Notes: generated from the sequence alone by a model not told the origin. A stretch of 64,000 nt of DNA from the human T2T-CHM13v2.0 reference genome, Homo sapiens (GCF_009914755.1 NC_060925.1); one strand, 5' to 3'. Positions 1 to 13,829 are shown, counted from the stretch's first letter. Translations and numbers: made by a program.

Positions 1-716
1 TACACTAACCTATTCAACTGTCAAAGTTATTGCCACTCAGTAATAATCTTTAAATTCATTAGCAGCAACTGTATTAAATAACAGAATTACTCTAGATTAT
101 CTGTTGGCAGTACAGGGAAATGTTTGTGGGATAGTTAACAACTTACGTTATACTTGGGAAAATGCCTCTGAAGTAGTTGAACTGGAGCTCAATAAAATTA
201 GTTTAGGCAGGTCGGCTAAGACAAGTGCCATCTATTGGTAAGCCATCCTTTGACTTATTTAGTTGTTACCAGAAAGGATACATTCCTTGACTAGATCCCT
301 GTTACAACTTAGTATCATTATAACATTATTGTTTCTTTTTTAAAACTGTTCACTAAGTTCTTGGAAAACATTATTGTTTCTGATAATTTTGTTGATCTGT
401 AAGTATTTGTCTCAATGCTTAGAACAAGCACTAATGCTGCCCACTGATTTGATGTTGGCCCAGATTCCTGTAGCCTGTTCTGAACATCCAGAAGGAACTT
501 ACAGCACCTAGAATTATAAGCTTGACTGAGTCTATGAAATAGCTTGTAAATTCACTTCCCTGTGAGCCAGGGACCCAGAACAGATAGTCTTACTTCACCC
601 TGGCTTTTGCAGGACAAGATGGAGCTCATACAGCATTGATTTCGTCAGTGTCTAGGGACCTGTGGTGATCACAGATATTCTCTCCTGGGAGAAATATCTT
701 GATCAAATGAGGGAAA
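1..716 (+). mobile_element. ERV1-class provirus internal 3' end with decayed env TM (immunosuppressive-domain region) and polypurine tract
   Basis: Frame starting at base 2 reads TQ**SLNSLAATVLNNRITLDYLLAVQGNVCGIVNNLRYTWENASEVVE, matching the gamma-type env TM motif (SL..VVL.NR.ALDYLLA.QGGVC); in-frame stops at 41-46; purine tract AAATGAGGGAAA directly precedes the LTR TG at 717. Confidence 0.85.
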
Positions 717-1117
717 TGTGAGCTTATCAATGTTCCACACTTGCCATCAGTAATTTCATCTTTGTCTACTGACTTCACATTAATACTGCCGATGAACTTT
801 GAGATCTACAAAGTAACACTTCCTTCACAAATATTTGTACTCTCAACAGTACACACTATAAAGAAACCGGTCACTATCTTTAAGAACTTTATATATATAG
901 CTTTTCTGACAAACTGATGTAATTTATTCACGTTTAATCAACTAATGAAATAATCTGACAAACAATATATGTAAACTAAATAAGTTTTTCTCAATGTAAG
1001 CCCTCTTTCCTCTTTCAGGTGGTGCAGTCTCTGGCTGCTAACTGGGTTGTAATCCCTGTTCCTGAATAAATGTTTATTTGCCTCTAGCCTGTTCATTCTT
1101 CCTTTTTAGGGTTAACA
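717..1117 (+). mobile_element. 3' LTR of the ERV1 element (MER4/MER34-group-like terminus)
   Basis: Starts TG after the PPT, AATAAA at 1065-1070, ends TTTTAGGGTTAACA; about 400 bp. Confidence 0.7.
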
Positions 1118-1157
1118 AATATTATCAGAATAACCTAGCAAACCATTACCAGGAGTC

Positions 1158-1288
1158 AGAATTATCATTATTTTAGCCCTCTCCTAAAAAATATACAAAG
1201 ACTCTACAATACTTTAACTCTAAGAATTATCATTATCTTACCCCTCTCCTAAAAAAAAAGACAAAGACTTTATGATACTTTAATCCTC
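1158..1288. repeat. Two-copy tandem duplication, unit about 65 bp
   Basis: AGAATTATCATTAT...CCCTCTCCTAAAAAA...ACAAAGACT...ATACTTTAA at 1158 and again at 1223. Confidence 0.85.
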
Positions 1289-1363
1289 CCTAAACATATG
1301 TGCTAATTTTGTCCAGAATTTTAATCCTATCCTTTTATTCAATTCCATAATTTTGACATTACT

Positions 1364-3719
1364 TAATATAGTTAGGCTTTGTGTCTCCAATGAAATCTCA
1401 TCTTGAATTATAATCCCCATAATCCCCACATGTCAAGGGAGAGACCAGGTGGAGGTGATTGGCTCATGGTGGTGGTTTCTCAGGATAGTGAGTGAGTTCT
1501 CATGAGATTTGATAGTCTTATAAGAAGCTCTTCTCCCTTTGTCATTTTCCCTCCTGCTGCCTTGTGGAAAAAGTGCCTTGCTTCCCCTTCACTTTCCTCC
1601 ATGATTGTAAGTTTCCTGAGGCCTCCCCAGCCATGCTGAACTGTGAGCCAATTAAACCTCCTTCCATTATAAATTACGCAGTCTTGGCACTTCTTTATAG
1701 CAGTGTGAAAAGGGACTAATACAGTAAATTGGTATTGTAGAGAGTGGGGTACAGCTATAAAGATGCCCAAAAATGTGGAAGCGACTTTGGAACTGGGTAA
1801 CAGGCAGAGATTGGAAAAATTTGGAGGGCTCAGAAGAAGACAGGAAAATGCAGGAAAGTTTGGAACTTCCTAGAGACTTGTTGACTGGCTTTGACAAAAA
1901 TGCTGATAGTGATATGGACAATGAAGTCCAGGCTGAGGTGGTCTCAGATGGAGATGCAAAACTTGCTGGGAACTGGAATAAAGGTGACTCTTGCTATGCC
2001 TTAGCAAAGAGACTGGCAGCATTTTTGCCCCTGCCCTAGAGATCTGTGGAACTTTGAATTTAAGAGAGATGATTTAGGGCATCTGGAGGAAGAAATTTCT
2101 AAACAGCAAAGCATTCAAGAAGTGACTTGGGTGCTCTTAAAAGCATTCAGTTTTATGCATCCACAGAGAAAGTTTGAAATTGGAACTTATGTTTAAAAGG
2201 GAAGCAGAAAATAAAATTTGGAAAATTTGGAAATTTGTAGCCTGACAATGCAGTAGAAAGGAAAAACCCATTTTCTGGGGAGAAATTAAAGCCAGCTGCA
2301 GAAATTTGCATAACTAATGAGGAGCCAAATATTAATTGCCAACACAAGAGGGAAAATGTCTCCAGGACATGTCAGAGGTCTTCTAAACAGCCCTTCCCAT
2401 TACAGGCCCAGAGACCTAGGAAAAATATGGTTTCATGGGCCAGGCCCAGGGCCTTGCTGCTTTGTGCAGTCTTGGGACTTGGTGTCCTGGGTCCCAGCCT
2501 TGGCTAAAACAGGCCACCATGCTGCTCAGGCCATTGCTTCAGAGGGTAAAAGCCCCAAGCCTTGGCAGCTTACACATGGTGTTGGGCCTATTGGTGCACA
2601 GAAGTTAAGAATTGAGGTTTGGGAACCTCAACCTGGATTTCAGAGGATGTATAAAAATACCTATATGTCCAGGTAGAAGTTTGCTACATGGGTGAAGCCC
2701 TCATGGAGGACCTCTGCTAGGGTGGTGTGGAAGAGAAATGTGGGGTCAGGGCACCCACACAGAGTCCCCACTGGGGCACTGCCTGGTGGAGCTGTGAGAA
2801 GAGGGCCACCATTTTCCAGAGCCAAGAATAGTAGATCCACCGATAGCTTGCACTATGTGCCTAGAAAAGCCGCAGACACTCAATGTCAGCCTTTGAAGGC
2901 AGCCAGGAGGAGAGCTGTACCCTGGAAGGCCATTATGGCAGAGCTGCTCAAGGCCGTGGGAACCCACCTCTGGCATCAGTGTAATTTGTATATGAGACAT
3001 GGAGTCAAAGGAGATCATTTCAGAGCTTTAAGATTTGACTGCCCTGCTGGATTTTGGACTTGCATGGGGCCTGTAGCTCCTTTGTTTTGACCAGTTTCTC
3101 CCAGTTGGAATGGTTGTATTTGCCCAATGCTTGTACCCCCATTGTATCTAGGAAGTAACTAGCTTGCTTTTGATTTTACAGGCTCATAGGCAAAAGGGAC
3201 TTGCCTTGTCTCAGATGAGACTTTGGACTTGAACCTTTGGGTTAATTCTGGAATGAATTAAGACTTTGGGAGCTGTTGGGAAGGCATGATTGGTTTTAAA
3301 ATGTGACAGGGACATGAGATTTTGGAGAGGTCAAGGGTAGAGTAATATGGTGAGGCTTTCTCTCCCCACCCAAATCTCCATCTTGAATTACACTGTCCAT
3401 AATCCCCATGTATCAAGGGAGAGATCAGGTGAAGTAATTGGATTATGGAGACAGTTTCCCTCATGCTGTTCTCAGGATACTGAGTGAGTTCTCATTAGAC
3501 CTGATGATTTTATAAGGGGCTCTTCCCCTTTGTTTGGCATTCTCTTTCCTGCTGCCTTGTGAAGGAGGTGCCTTACTTCCCCTTTGCCTTCTGCCATGAT
3601 TGTAAGTTTCCTGAGGCCTCCACAGCCATGCTGAACTGTGAGTCAATTAAACCTTTTTCCTTTATAAATTACCCAGCCTCAGACAGTTCTTTATAGCAGT
3701 ATACAAACAGACTAATGCA
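1364..3719 (+). mobile_element. Full-length THE1 (THE1D-like) ERVL-MaLR element: LTR 1364-1723, internal 1724-3342, LTR 3343-3719
   Basis: Two homologous LTRs (…AATCTCATCTTGAATT…CCATGATTGTAAGTTTCCTGAGGCCTCC…ACTAATACA) flank the typical MaLR internal region; ORF-track peptides 1773-3090 are decayed THE1-int ORF pieces. Confidence 0.95.
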
Positions 3720-3759
3720 TTCATATTTAAAAATCATTATTTAGTCAATGTTTGCTTCT

Positions 3760-4051
3760 ATTCACAAAAATATTTATCACTTTATTTGCTCATAGCTCAT
3801 CATTTATTCTTGTATTTCAGATCATGCTTCTGGGTGTAATTTCTCTTCTTCCTATCTATTAATATACTGAATATATATTATTGATACAGCTTCTCAGTTT
3901 GGGTTTGTCTAAACATCTTTATTTTGCACACTCTTGAACGGCAGCTTGGCTGAATACATTATCCTAGGTGGACAGTTTTTTTTCTCTCAACAATTAGAAG
4001 AGATTTTCCCACTTTCTCTTAACTTTCATTTTTACTGTTGTCATTCCAACT

Positions 4052-4089
<38 letters not shown>

Positions 4090-4570
4090 TAACTTCATGT
4101 TTCCAGGATTGGATTTTCTTTTCAATTTAACCTACTTGGAATATATTGATTTCTCTGTCTGTGAAGATTCCTGCTTTTATTGGATCTCAAAAATTGTGAC
4201 ATATGTCTTTAAATTATGCCTCTTCACCTTTCTGTCATTCTACTATTCTAGAACTCTGGCTAAGTCTATGTTAACCTTCTCTTTCTGTCCTCTATACCTC
4301 TTTAAAATTTTCAATTTTCTTATCTCTTTGTAATGCATTCTGTGTAATTCCTCAAGACCTATCATCATTAATTCTTCCTTTAGATGTGTTTACTAGTTAG
4401 CCTATTGGTTGAGTTTTTAATTTCAACTCTTATATTTTCATTTTTAGATGTTTCTTTTTCCTTCTCAAATCTATGGGTTCATAGATTTAATTGCTATCTT
4501 TGTAATAGAATCCTTTATTTCTTCAAACATTTACTCAGAATTTTTTCTTTTTTAACCTATTTTCTTTTCT
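3760..4570 (-). mobile_element. Ancient L1 (L1M/L1ME-like) fragment, apparently resuming at about 11460-11620; contains a poly-T run at about 4053-4088
   Basis: Degenerate T-rich antisense L1-like sequence on both sides of the younger L1PA insertion. Confidence 0.45.
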
Positions 4571-4605
4571 AGTTTTATTTTAATAAAAAAGCAGCATCTT
4601 TTTAT

Positions 4606-7600
4606 TTTTTTCTTTTATTTTTTTCAACTTCTATTTTAAGTTCCGGGGTACATGTGCAGGATGTATAGGTTTGATACGTAGGTAGATAAGTGCCATGTTG
4701 GTTTGCTGCACAGATCAACCCATCACCTGGGTATTAAGCCCAGCATCCATTAGCTATTCTTCCTGATGCTTTCCCTTCCCCTGCTCCTCCCACAGGCCCA
4801 GTGTGTGTTGTTGCCCCACATGTGTCCATGTGTTCTAATTGTTCAGCTCCCACCTATATGTGAGAACATGCAGCATTTGGTTTTCTGTTCCTGTGTTAGT
4901 TTGCTAAGGATAACGGCTTCCAGCTCCATCCATGTCCCTGCAATGGACATATGTCATTACTTTTTATGGCTGCATAGTATTCCATGATGTATATGTACTC
5001 CATTTTCTTTATCCAGTCTATCACTAATGGGCATTTGGGTTGATTCCATGTCTTTACTATTGTGAATAGTGCTGCAGTGAACATAGGCATGCATGTGTCT
5101 TTATTAAAGAATGATTTATATTCATTTGGGTATACACTCTGTAATGAGATGGCTGGGTCAAATGGTATTTCTGCTTCTAGATTTTTGTGAGAAATCGCCA
5201 CACTGTCTTCCACAATGGTTGAACTGATTTACACCCCCACTAACAGTGTAAAAGCATTCCTTTTTCTCTGCAACCTCACCAGCATCTGTTGTTCCTTGAC
5301 TTTTTAATAATAGCCATTCTGACTGGCATGAGATGGTATCTCATTGTGGTTTTGATTTGCATTTCTCTAATGATCAGTGATGTTGAGCTTTTTTTCCTAT
5401 GTTTGTTGGCTGCATGTATGTCTTCTTTTGAGAAGTGTCTGTTTATGTCCTTTGCCCACTTTTTAATGGGGTTGTTTGTTTTTTTCTTGTAAATTTGTTT
5501 AAGTTCCATGTAGACTCTGGATATTAGACCTTTGTCAGATGAATAGATTGCAAAAATTTTCTCCTATTCTGCAGATTGTCTTTTCACTCTGATGATAGTT
5601 TCTTTTGCTGTGCAGAAGCCCTTTAGTTTAATTAGATCCCATGTGTCAATTTTTGCTTTTTTGCCATTGCTTTTGGCATTTTTGTCATGAAATATTTACC
5701 AATGCCTATGTCCTGAATGGTATTGCCTAGATTTTCTCCTAAGGTTTTATAGTTTTGGCTTTTACATTTAAGTCATTAATCCATCTTGGGTTGATTTTTG
5801 TATATTATGTAAGGAAGGGGCCCAGTTTCGATTTTCTGTATATGGCTAGCCAGTTCTCCCAGCACCGTTTATTAAATAGAAAATAATTTCCCCATTGCTT
5901 GTTTTTGTCAGGTTTGTTGAAGATCAGATGGTTGCTGGTGTGCAGTCTTATTTCTGAGTTCTCAATTCTGTTCCGTTGGTCTGTATGTCTGTTCTTGTAC
6001 CAGTACCATGCTGTTTTGGTTACTATAGCCTTGTAGTAAGGTAATGTGATGGCTCCAACTGTGTTCTTTTTACTTAGGATTGTCTTGGTTATTTGGGCTC
6101 TTTTTTGGTTCCATATGAATTTTAAAATAGTTTTTTCTAATTTTGTGAAGAATGTCAATGGTAGTTTAATGGGAATAGCATTGAATCTGTAAATTACTTT
6201 GGGCAGTATGGCCATTTTCACAGTATTGATTCTTCCTATCCATGATCATGAAATTTTTTTTCCATTTGTTTCCTCTCTGATTTCTTTGAGCAGTGGTTTA
6301 TAGTTCTTCTTGAAGAGGTCCTTCACTTGTTAGCTGTTGATGTGGTTTGGTTGTGTCCCACCCAAATCTTATTTTCAATTGTAGCTACCATAATTCCCAT
6401 GCATCATGGGAGGAACCTGTTGGGAGGTAATTGAATCATGGAGGCAGGTCTTTCCCTTGCTGTTCTCATGATAGTGAATAAGTTTCAAGAGATCTGATGG
6501 TTTCATAAAGGGAAGTTCCCCTGCATATGCTGTCTTGCCTGCTGCTATATAAGATGTTCCTTCTGCCATGATTGTGAGGCCTCCCCAGCCAGGTGGAACT
6601 GTGAGTTCATTCAACTTCTTTTTATGTATAAATTACCCAGTCTCAAGTATGTCTTTATTAGCAGTGTGGGAATGGACTAATACAGCTGTATTCTCAGGCA
6701 TTTTATTTTTTTTGTAGCAATTTGAATGGGAGTTCATTCATGATTTTGCTCTCTGCTTGCCTGTTGATGGTGTATAGGAATGCTAGTGATTTTTCACATT
6801 GATTTGGTATCCCAAGACTTTGCTGAAGTTTTTAATTAGCTTAAGAATCTTTTGGGCTGAGATGATGGGGTTTTCTAGATACAGGATCATGTCATCTGCA
6901 AACAAAAATAATTTGACTTCCTCTCTTCTTACTTTAATACATTTTATTTCTTTCTCTTGCCTGATTGCCCTGGCCAGAACTTCCAATACTATGTTGAATA
7001 GGAGTGGTGAGAGACGGCATCCTTCTCTTGTGCCAGTTTTCAAGCGGAATGCTTACAGCTTTTGCCCATTCAGTATATTAGCTGTGGGTTTGTAATATAT
7101 GTCTTATTATTTTGAGGTTTGTTCCTTCAATATCTACTTTATTGAGAGTTTTTAACATAAAGGAATGTTGAATTTTGTCAAAGGCCTTTTCTGCATCTAT
7201 TGAGATAATCATGTGATTTTTGTCTTTAGTTCTGTTTATGTGACGAATTACACTTATTGATTTGTATATGTTGAACTAACCTTGCATCCCGGGGATGAAG
7301 CCAACTTGATTGTGATGGATAAGCTTTTTGATGTGCTGCTGGATTTGGGTTGTTGGTATTTTATTGAGGATTTTTGGCATTGATGTTCATCAAGGATATT
7401 GACCTGAAGTTTTCTTTTTTTGTTTTACCTCTGTCAGGTTTTGGTATCAGAATATTGCTGGTGTCATAGTATGAAGAGTGCCTCCTTTTCAATTGTTTGG
7501 AATAGTTTCAGTAGAAATGGTACCAGCTCTTCTTTGTACCCCTGGTAGAATTCAGCTGTGAATCCATCTGGCCCTGAGCTTTTTTGGTTGGTAGGCTATA

Positions 7601-10600
7601 CTGCCTAAATTTCAGACCTGGTTATCAGTCTATTCAGGGATTCAATTTCTTCCTGGTTCAATCTTGGGAGAGTGTATGTGTCCAGGAATTTATCCATTTC
7701 TTCTAGATTTTCCAGTTCATTTACACATAGGTGTTTATAGCATTCTCTGATGGTTGTTTGTATTTCTGTGGGGTCAGTGGTGTAATCCCCATTATAATTT
7801 CTGATTGTGTTTATTTGATTCTTCTCCCTTTTATTCTTTATTAGTCTAGCTAGCAGTCTATCTATTTATTAATATTTTCAAAAAACCAGCTCCTGGATTT
7901 GTTGATTTCTTGAAGGGTTTTTCATGTCTCTATCTCCTTCACTTCAGCTCTGATCTTGGTTATTTCTTGTCTTCTGCTAGATTTGGGGCTTGTTTGTTCT
8001 TGGTACTGCAATTCTTTTAGTTGTGATTTTAGGTTGTTAACTTGAGATCTTTCTAGATTTTTTGATATGGGCATTTAGTGCTATAAATTTCCCTCTTAAC
8101 ACTGCTTTAGTTATGTTCCAGAGATTCTAGTACATGGCCTCTTTATTCTCATTAGTTTCCAAGAACTTCTTGATTTCTGCCTTAATTTTGTTATTTACCC
8201 AAGAGTCATTCAGGAGCAGGTTGTTCGTTTCCATGTAGTTGTATGGTTCTGAGTGAATCCCTTAATCTTGAGTTCTCATTTGATTGCACTGTGGTCTAAC
8301 AGACTTTTCGTTCTGATTTCAGCTCCTTTGCATTTGCTGAGGAGGGTTTTACTTCCGATTATGTGATCCATTTTAGAGTAAGTGCCGTGTGGTTATGAGA
8401 AGAATGTATATTCTGTTTTTTTTTTTTCTTTTTTGGATGGAGAGTTCTGTAGATATCTATCAGGTCCACTGGATCCACCGCTGAGTTCAGGTCCTGAATA
8501 TCTTTGTTAATTTTCTGTCTCAATAATCTATTATTGTCAATGGGGTGTTAAAGTCTTCCACTATTATTGTGTGGGAGGCTAAGCCTCTTTGTAGGTCTCC
8601 AAGGACTTCCTTTATGAATCTGGATGCTCCTGTACACATATATTTAGGTTAGTTAGCTCTTCTCATTGAATTGAACTCTTTACCATTATGTAATGCCCCT
8701 CTTTGTTTTTTTAAAAAATATTTATTGGTTTAAAGTCTGTTTTGTCAGAAAGTAGAATTGCAACCCTGCTTTTTTCCGTTTACTATTTGCTTGGTCAATT
8801 TTCCTCCATCCCTTTATTTTGAGTGTTTTTGCAGGTGTGTCTTTGCAGGTGAGATGGGTTTCTTGAATACAGCATACTGATGGGTCTTGATTCTGTATCC
8901 AGTTTGCCATTCTGTGTCTTTTAATTGGGACATTTAGCCCGTTTACATTTAAGTTTAGTATTGTGAATTTGATCCTGTTTTCATGATGCTAGCTGGTTAT
9001 TTTGTAGACTTATTTATGTGATTGCTTCATAGTGTCAGTGGTCTGTGTACTTCAGTGTGTTTTTGTAGTAGCTAGTAATGGGTTTTCCTCTCCATATTTA
9101 GTGTTTCCTTCAGGAGCTCTTGCAAGACAGGCCTGGTGGTGACGAATTCCCTAAGCATTTGCTTGTGTGAAAAGGATCTTATTTTTGCTGTGCTCATAAA
9201 GTTTAGTTTGGCTGGATATGAAATTTGGGGTTGGAAATTCTTCTTTAAAAATGTTGAATAACAGCCCCCAATCTCTCCTGGTTTGTAGGGTTTCTGCTGA
9301 GAGTTCTGCTGTTAGTCTGATGGGCTTCCCTTTGTAGGTGATCTGACCTTTCTCTTTGGCTGCACTTAACATTTTTTTCTTTCATTTCAACCTTGGAAAA
9401 TCTGAGGATTATGTGTCTTTGGGTTGGTATCTTTGTGGAGTATCTTACCAGGGTTCTCTGCATTTTCTGAATTTGAATGTTGACCTGTTTTGCTATGTTG
9501 GGGAAGTTCTCCTGGATGATATCCTGACATGTTTCCTAGCTTGGTTCCGTTCTCCCCATCTCTTTCAGGTACTCCAATCAGTCGCAGGTTTGGTCTCTTT
9601 ACATAATCCCATATTTCCTGGAGGTTTTGTTTGCTCCTTTTCATTCTTTTTTCTCTGTTTTTGTCCTCCTGTTTTATTTCAGAAAGATAAGACAGAGTCT
9701 TCAAGCTCTGAGATTCTTTCCTCTGCTTGGTCTATTCTGCTATGGATACATGTTATTACATTGTGAAGTTCTCATACTGTGTTTTTCAACTCTATCAGGT
9801 CAGTTATGTTCCTCTCTAAACTGGCTATTCTGGCTCTCAGTTCCTGTATTGTTTTATCATGATTTTTAGCTTCTTTGCATTGGCTTACAACATGCCCCTT
9901 TAGCTCAGTGAATTTCATTATTATCTACCTTCTGAAGCCTACCTCTGACAATTTGGCCATCTCAGCCTCAGCCCAGTTCTGTGCCCTTGCTGGAGTGATG
10001 TTGCAGTTATTTGGAGGAAAAGAGACACTCTGGCTTTTTCAGTTTTCAGTGTTTTTACACTGATTTTTTTCTCATCTTTGTGAACTTATCTACCTTTGAT
10101 CTTTGAGGTTGCTGACCTTTGAATGGGGTTTTTGTGGGGTCTTTTTTGTTGATGTTGTTGTAGTAGTTTTCCATTTGTTTGCTTTTTATTTTTTTAACAG
10201 TCAGGCCACTCTTCTGTAGGGCTGCTGCAGCTTGCTCAGGGTCTGCTCCAGACCCTAGTTGCCTCACTTTTTCCTGTACCTGGAGGTATCACCAGTGAAG
10301 GTTGCAAAACAGGAAAGATGGCAGCCTGCTCCTTCCTCTGGGAGCTCCATCCCAGAGGGGCACTGACCTATTGCCAGTCCAAATGCACCTGTAGGAGATG
10401 GCTGTAGACCCCTGTTGGAAGGTCTCACTCATTCAGAAGGAATGGGATCAGGGAACTGCTTAAGGAATTAGTCAGGCTGCTTTTTGGTAAAAAAGGTGTG
10501 CTGAATTGTGGGAGGAAACACTTCCTCATCCAGACCATTTGGATTCTCCTAAGTAGGCAGGCTGGAACAGCTGAGTCAACTGATCTCTCCCTGGGATGGA

Positions 10601-11445
10601 GCTCTGTTCACATAACTCTGATTGGAGTGGCTGAAGCCCTGGCAGGCAGGTCCTGCCCAGTGAGGAGGAATGTATTGGGGTCCCACGTAAAGAAGCATTC
10701 TGGCCACTATCTGGCAAAACAGCTGTGCTGTGTTGTGGGGGTTCCTTCCTCATTCAAACTGTTTGGACTCTCCAAAGCTGGCAGGCTGGAATGGCTGAGT
10801 CAACCAAACCACAGAGATGGTGTCTGCCTCTTCCCCTGGGAACTTGGTTCCATCTCAGACAGACTCCAGACTGTTGTCATTGGCTGGCTGGAATTCCAAG
10901 CCAGTGGGTCTTAAGTTGTGAGGTGCCATGGAAGTGGAATCCATAGAATGATGCTGCTTGGCTCCCTGAATTCGGCCCTCTTCCTAGGCATATGTGCAGA
11001 TGGATCTCCCACCTTGCTAGGGATCTTGGGGCTAAAGTATGTAAAACTCCCAGGTCTCTGTGTGTGCCTGAACAGCTACTCTACTGAGACTCCACACAGC
11101 TCTGTGTATTGGACCCAAGACCATGGTGGCATGGGCTCGGAAGAGGAGCTCCTGACTTGTGGGTTGCAAAGATCTGTGGGAGAAGCATAGTTTCCCTGGC
11201 AGAGTCGTACATCACTCACCACTTTCCTTGGCTGGGGGTAGGGGTTCCTTCGGCTCCATGACACTCCAGGATGGACCATCACCCCCACCCTTATTTTCTT
11301 TGTTCTCCATGAGTTGAGTTGTTTGCCTAGTCAGTACCAGTGCGAGAACTCAGATATTTCAGTTGAAGGTATTGAGTTCACTCGCCCCTTTCATTTCTCT
11401 CCATGAGAGCCACAGATTGCATCTGCTTCTAATCAGCCATCTTCC
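4606..11445 (-). mobile_element. Full-length decayed L1 (older L1PA, about L1PA11-13) interrupted by a THE1 solo LTR
   Basis: 3' UTR/poly-A at about 4606-4890; ORF2 pieces on - strand (RT motif FADD in 6783-7043, MKMAILPK in 5805-6221, EN CCIQETH in 8722-8910); ORF1 pieces 9151-10267; 5' end GGAAGATGGCTGATTAGAAGC at about 11445; approximate TSD CAGCAT(T)CTTT(C)TTAT at 4592 and 11445. Confidence 0.95.
6338..6684 (+). mobile_element. THE1 (B/C-like) solo LTR inserted in L1 ORF2
   Basis: TGATGTGGTTTGG…GACTAATACA with perfect 5-bp TSD GCTGT (6333-6337 / 6685-6689). Confidence 0.95.
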
Positions 11446-12536
11446 AGCATTCTTTCTTATGACTCCATACATAAAGTCTAGGGGGTCTAGATCTGTTGTT
11501 TATTGGTTTTGCTAGCTTTAGCTAATGTTAACTTTGCCTTTTCTTTATAAGCTTTTATTGTGAGCTACTCTTACTTTACTATGTGGCATTCAAGTGGGTC
11601 TAAATTAGGCAATAATTTCAACAGAGAGGCATTGCTTGTGCTGAGATCCAAAGGGTTCTAATAGCCAAGGACCACTTAAATTCTCTGTAAGTATCTTAAA
11701 TCAGCTGAAAGTGAAGGCTCAAGCTGACACCTCAGTGCTAGTCTAAGGCTCAGAATCCCAATAGTGTTATACTACCAGTATCTGTCTCAGGGCAATCCAA
11801 CTCCTCTGGGCAGCCTACTGTTTCCAGCTGCCAGCACTGGCCACAGTTAAACCTACCCACCACCACTCCTCTACTCAGAAAGATACTAACATAACTTCCA
11901 AACCTTTTGTAAGACTTACAGTGACTCCAAGACTCCATTCTATTCACAATGCGTAATTCTATAGGGGGAAGATCTCACAATAAACTTATTATACTACAGT
12001 GCTGGACACTAAAATTTTAAAGTCAATGATTAAACTTGATTCTATAGACAGAGAGGCATCTGTATGGCTATCAACATCTTCTTCTATCAGGGACATTCAG
12101 ATAAGAGTACTCTGAAAATTTGCTGCATTCACAAAGAAAATTAACATTTTTGGGGGGACCTACTAAGTGCTAGTTGTTAAACACTCAATAAACACCAGGT
12201 AATATGTCAACACTTTATAACATTTATTTTTTCTATTTTCTATTGTTTCTAGTTCTCCTAATGCTATTTCTGACATCTCTACCTCTGATCATGGTTTTAT
12301 TCTGTATTCCTGTTTGATTAAATAACAAATATAAGAAATCTAGAAGCGGCCTTTAAGGAGGAAAGGAACAGATGATTGTGTAAAAATGCATTCCATTTCT
12401 AAATAAACAAATGGGCAAAGTGGAGCAAAATCCCAAATTATTAACTGACTATTCCAGAACTTCATTTGAAAGTTTAGCTTTCAGATAGACCCATGGGAAC
12501 TTATTTAACTCATAATGCAGCAGATTACTCATGTGT

Positions 12537-13230
12537 TCATTCATTCAATAAATTATTACTGAATACCTGTTATTTGCCAGACACTGAAATAGGTGCTGGA
12601 GATACAATTGTAATCAAAATAAAGTAGTTCCTGTTCCTGTGTAGCTTACAGTTTAGCTTGAGGTACAAACTATACAAATAATAACAATTAAAATGCAACC
12701 TTCCATGAAAACAATGGGAAAATAGGGTGATATGGATGCATACAAAATGTGAAAGGGTTAGCCTGGAAAAGGAGAAGGGACAATGAGAGGTTGGGAGAAA
12801 AGACATGCAAATATCCATAGGTAAGAAAAAATATATATTACCTTAGTGAAATAAAGAGGAGTTATGGGTGATAGAATGGAAAAGACTGAAGAGCCACTTT
12901 TGGGAAGGATGATGAATGATGAATCTGGAAATATAAATGAGATTGGGGTCATTGAAAGCAATATTGAAACATTTTGATTTCTCTAAGAACAATGGAGAGT
13001 CATTGAGGAATTTTATACATAGAGGTAATTTGACTAGATATGCATTTTTCAAAGATTCTTTGGCTACAGTGTGAAAAATGAAATGAGAATGGGGGTGGAT
13101 AGGAGCCTGGGAAACCAGGTAGGATGCGTTTTCAGTAATTTAGGTAAGTGATGATGGTGATCTTTGCAAGGTTACTGGGGATAACAATGGAGGGAAATTG
13201 ATGGATTCAACAATTTAAAGGTAGGATGTA
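12537..13230 (-). mobile_element. L2 3' fragment
   Basis: TTCATTCATTCAATAAATTATTACTGAATACC…GCCAGACACTG is the reverse complement of the L2 3' end, followed by typical antisense L2 sequence. Confidence 0.75.
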
Positions 13231-13829
13231 TTGCTTGTAAGGAAATGAGAGTTCAGGAGAACGGTTCAAGAGGTGAGTCTATGACTGATTTGGCTTAATC
13301 ACTTCTCCGTTGGGGAAAATTAGATCTTGAGTTGCAGCTGGGAAATTTGGATCTTAGGAACACAGAAAATCCTTGCTGCCAGCAAAACCTCCATAACATA
13401 TTTGCGTGAAGTAGGCTTCCTTCCCCCTTTTTTGTTTCTGACCCAGAAAGAGAGAGAGGATTCCTTATTTGCTCTCTGCCATTACTCATGCCCAGTTGAG
13501 GAAAGAATGTCATCTACAATAAAGGCATTAAGTAGGAGAAGCAAAAAGTCAAGGTTTCGGTCTGACTTGATAAAGATGAAGGAAAAAACAAGAGAGAACT
13601 GTGAGGTCACTGTTTCCAGGAGTTGAGAAAAATAGGGGTCCCAGCTTGAACTTATGTCAGTTACTGATATCCAGTTATGTCTGCTCATACTCATGACTGA
13701 TAGAATGTATCCACCAGGAGCCTAATTTCGTGGCTGACCAGAGGTCACCTAGAAAACAGCACATTTAATGAAGTCAAATATTACAGAAAAAATGTGACTC
13801 CAAGTACAGCAGAATGTCTATCATGTAGA

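Noticed and set aside
1773-3090. THE1 internal ORFs (also 61983-63076) as real genes
   Set aside because: They are fragmented pieces of the MaLR internal ORF shared by both elements.
10430-10810. Internal direct repeat in the L1 5' UTR
   Set aside because: Most likely an intrinsic repeated module of older L1PA 5' UTRs rather than a locus-specific event.
13242-13272. Extra upstream exon ending AG|GTGAGT
   Set aside because: Strong donor, but at the edge of L2-derived sequence with a weak acceptor; not included in the model.
13327-13626. 99-aa ORF as a stand-alone small gene
   Set aside because: Non-ATG start and no recognisable homology; better explained as overlapping candidate exon 13496-13600, whose frame is ambiguous.
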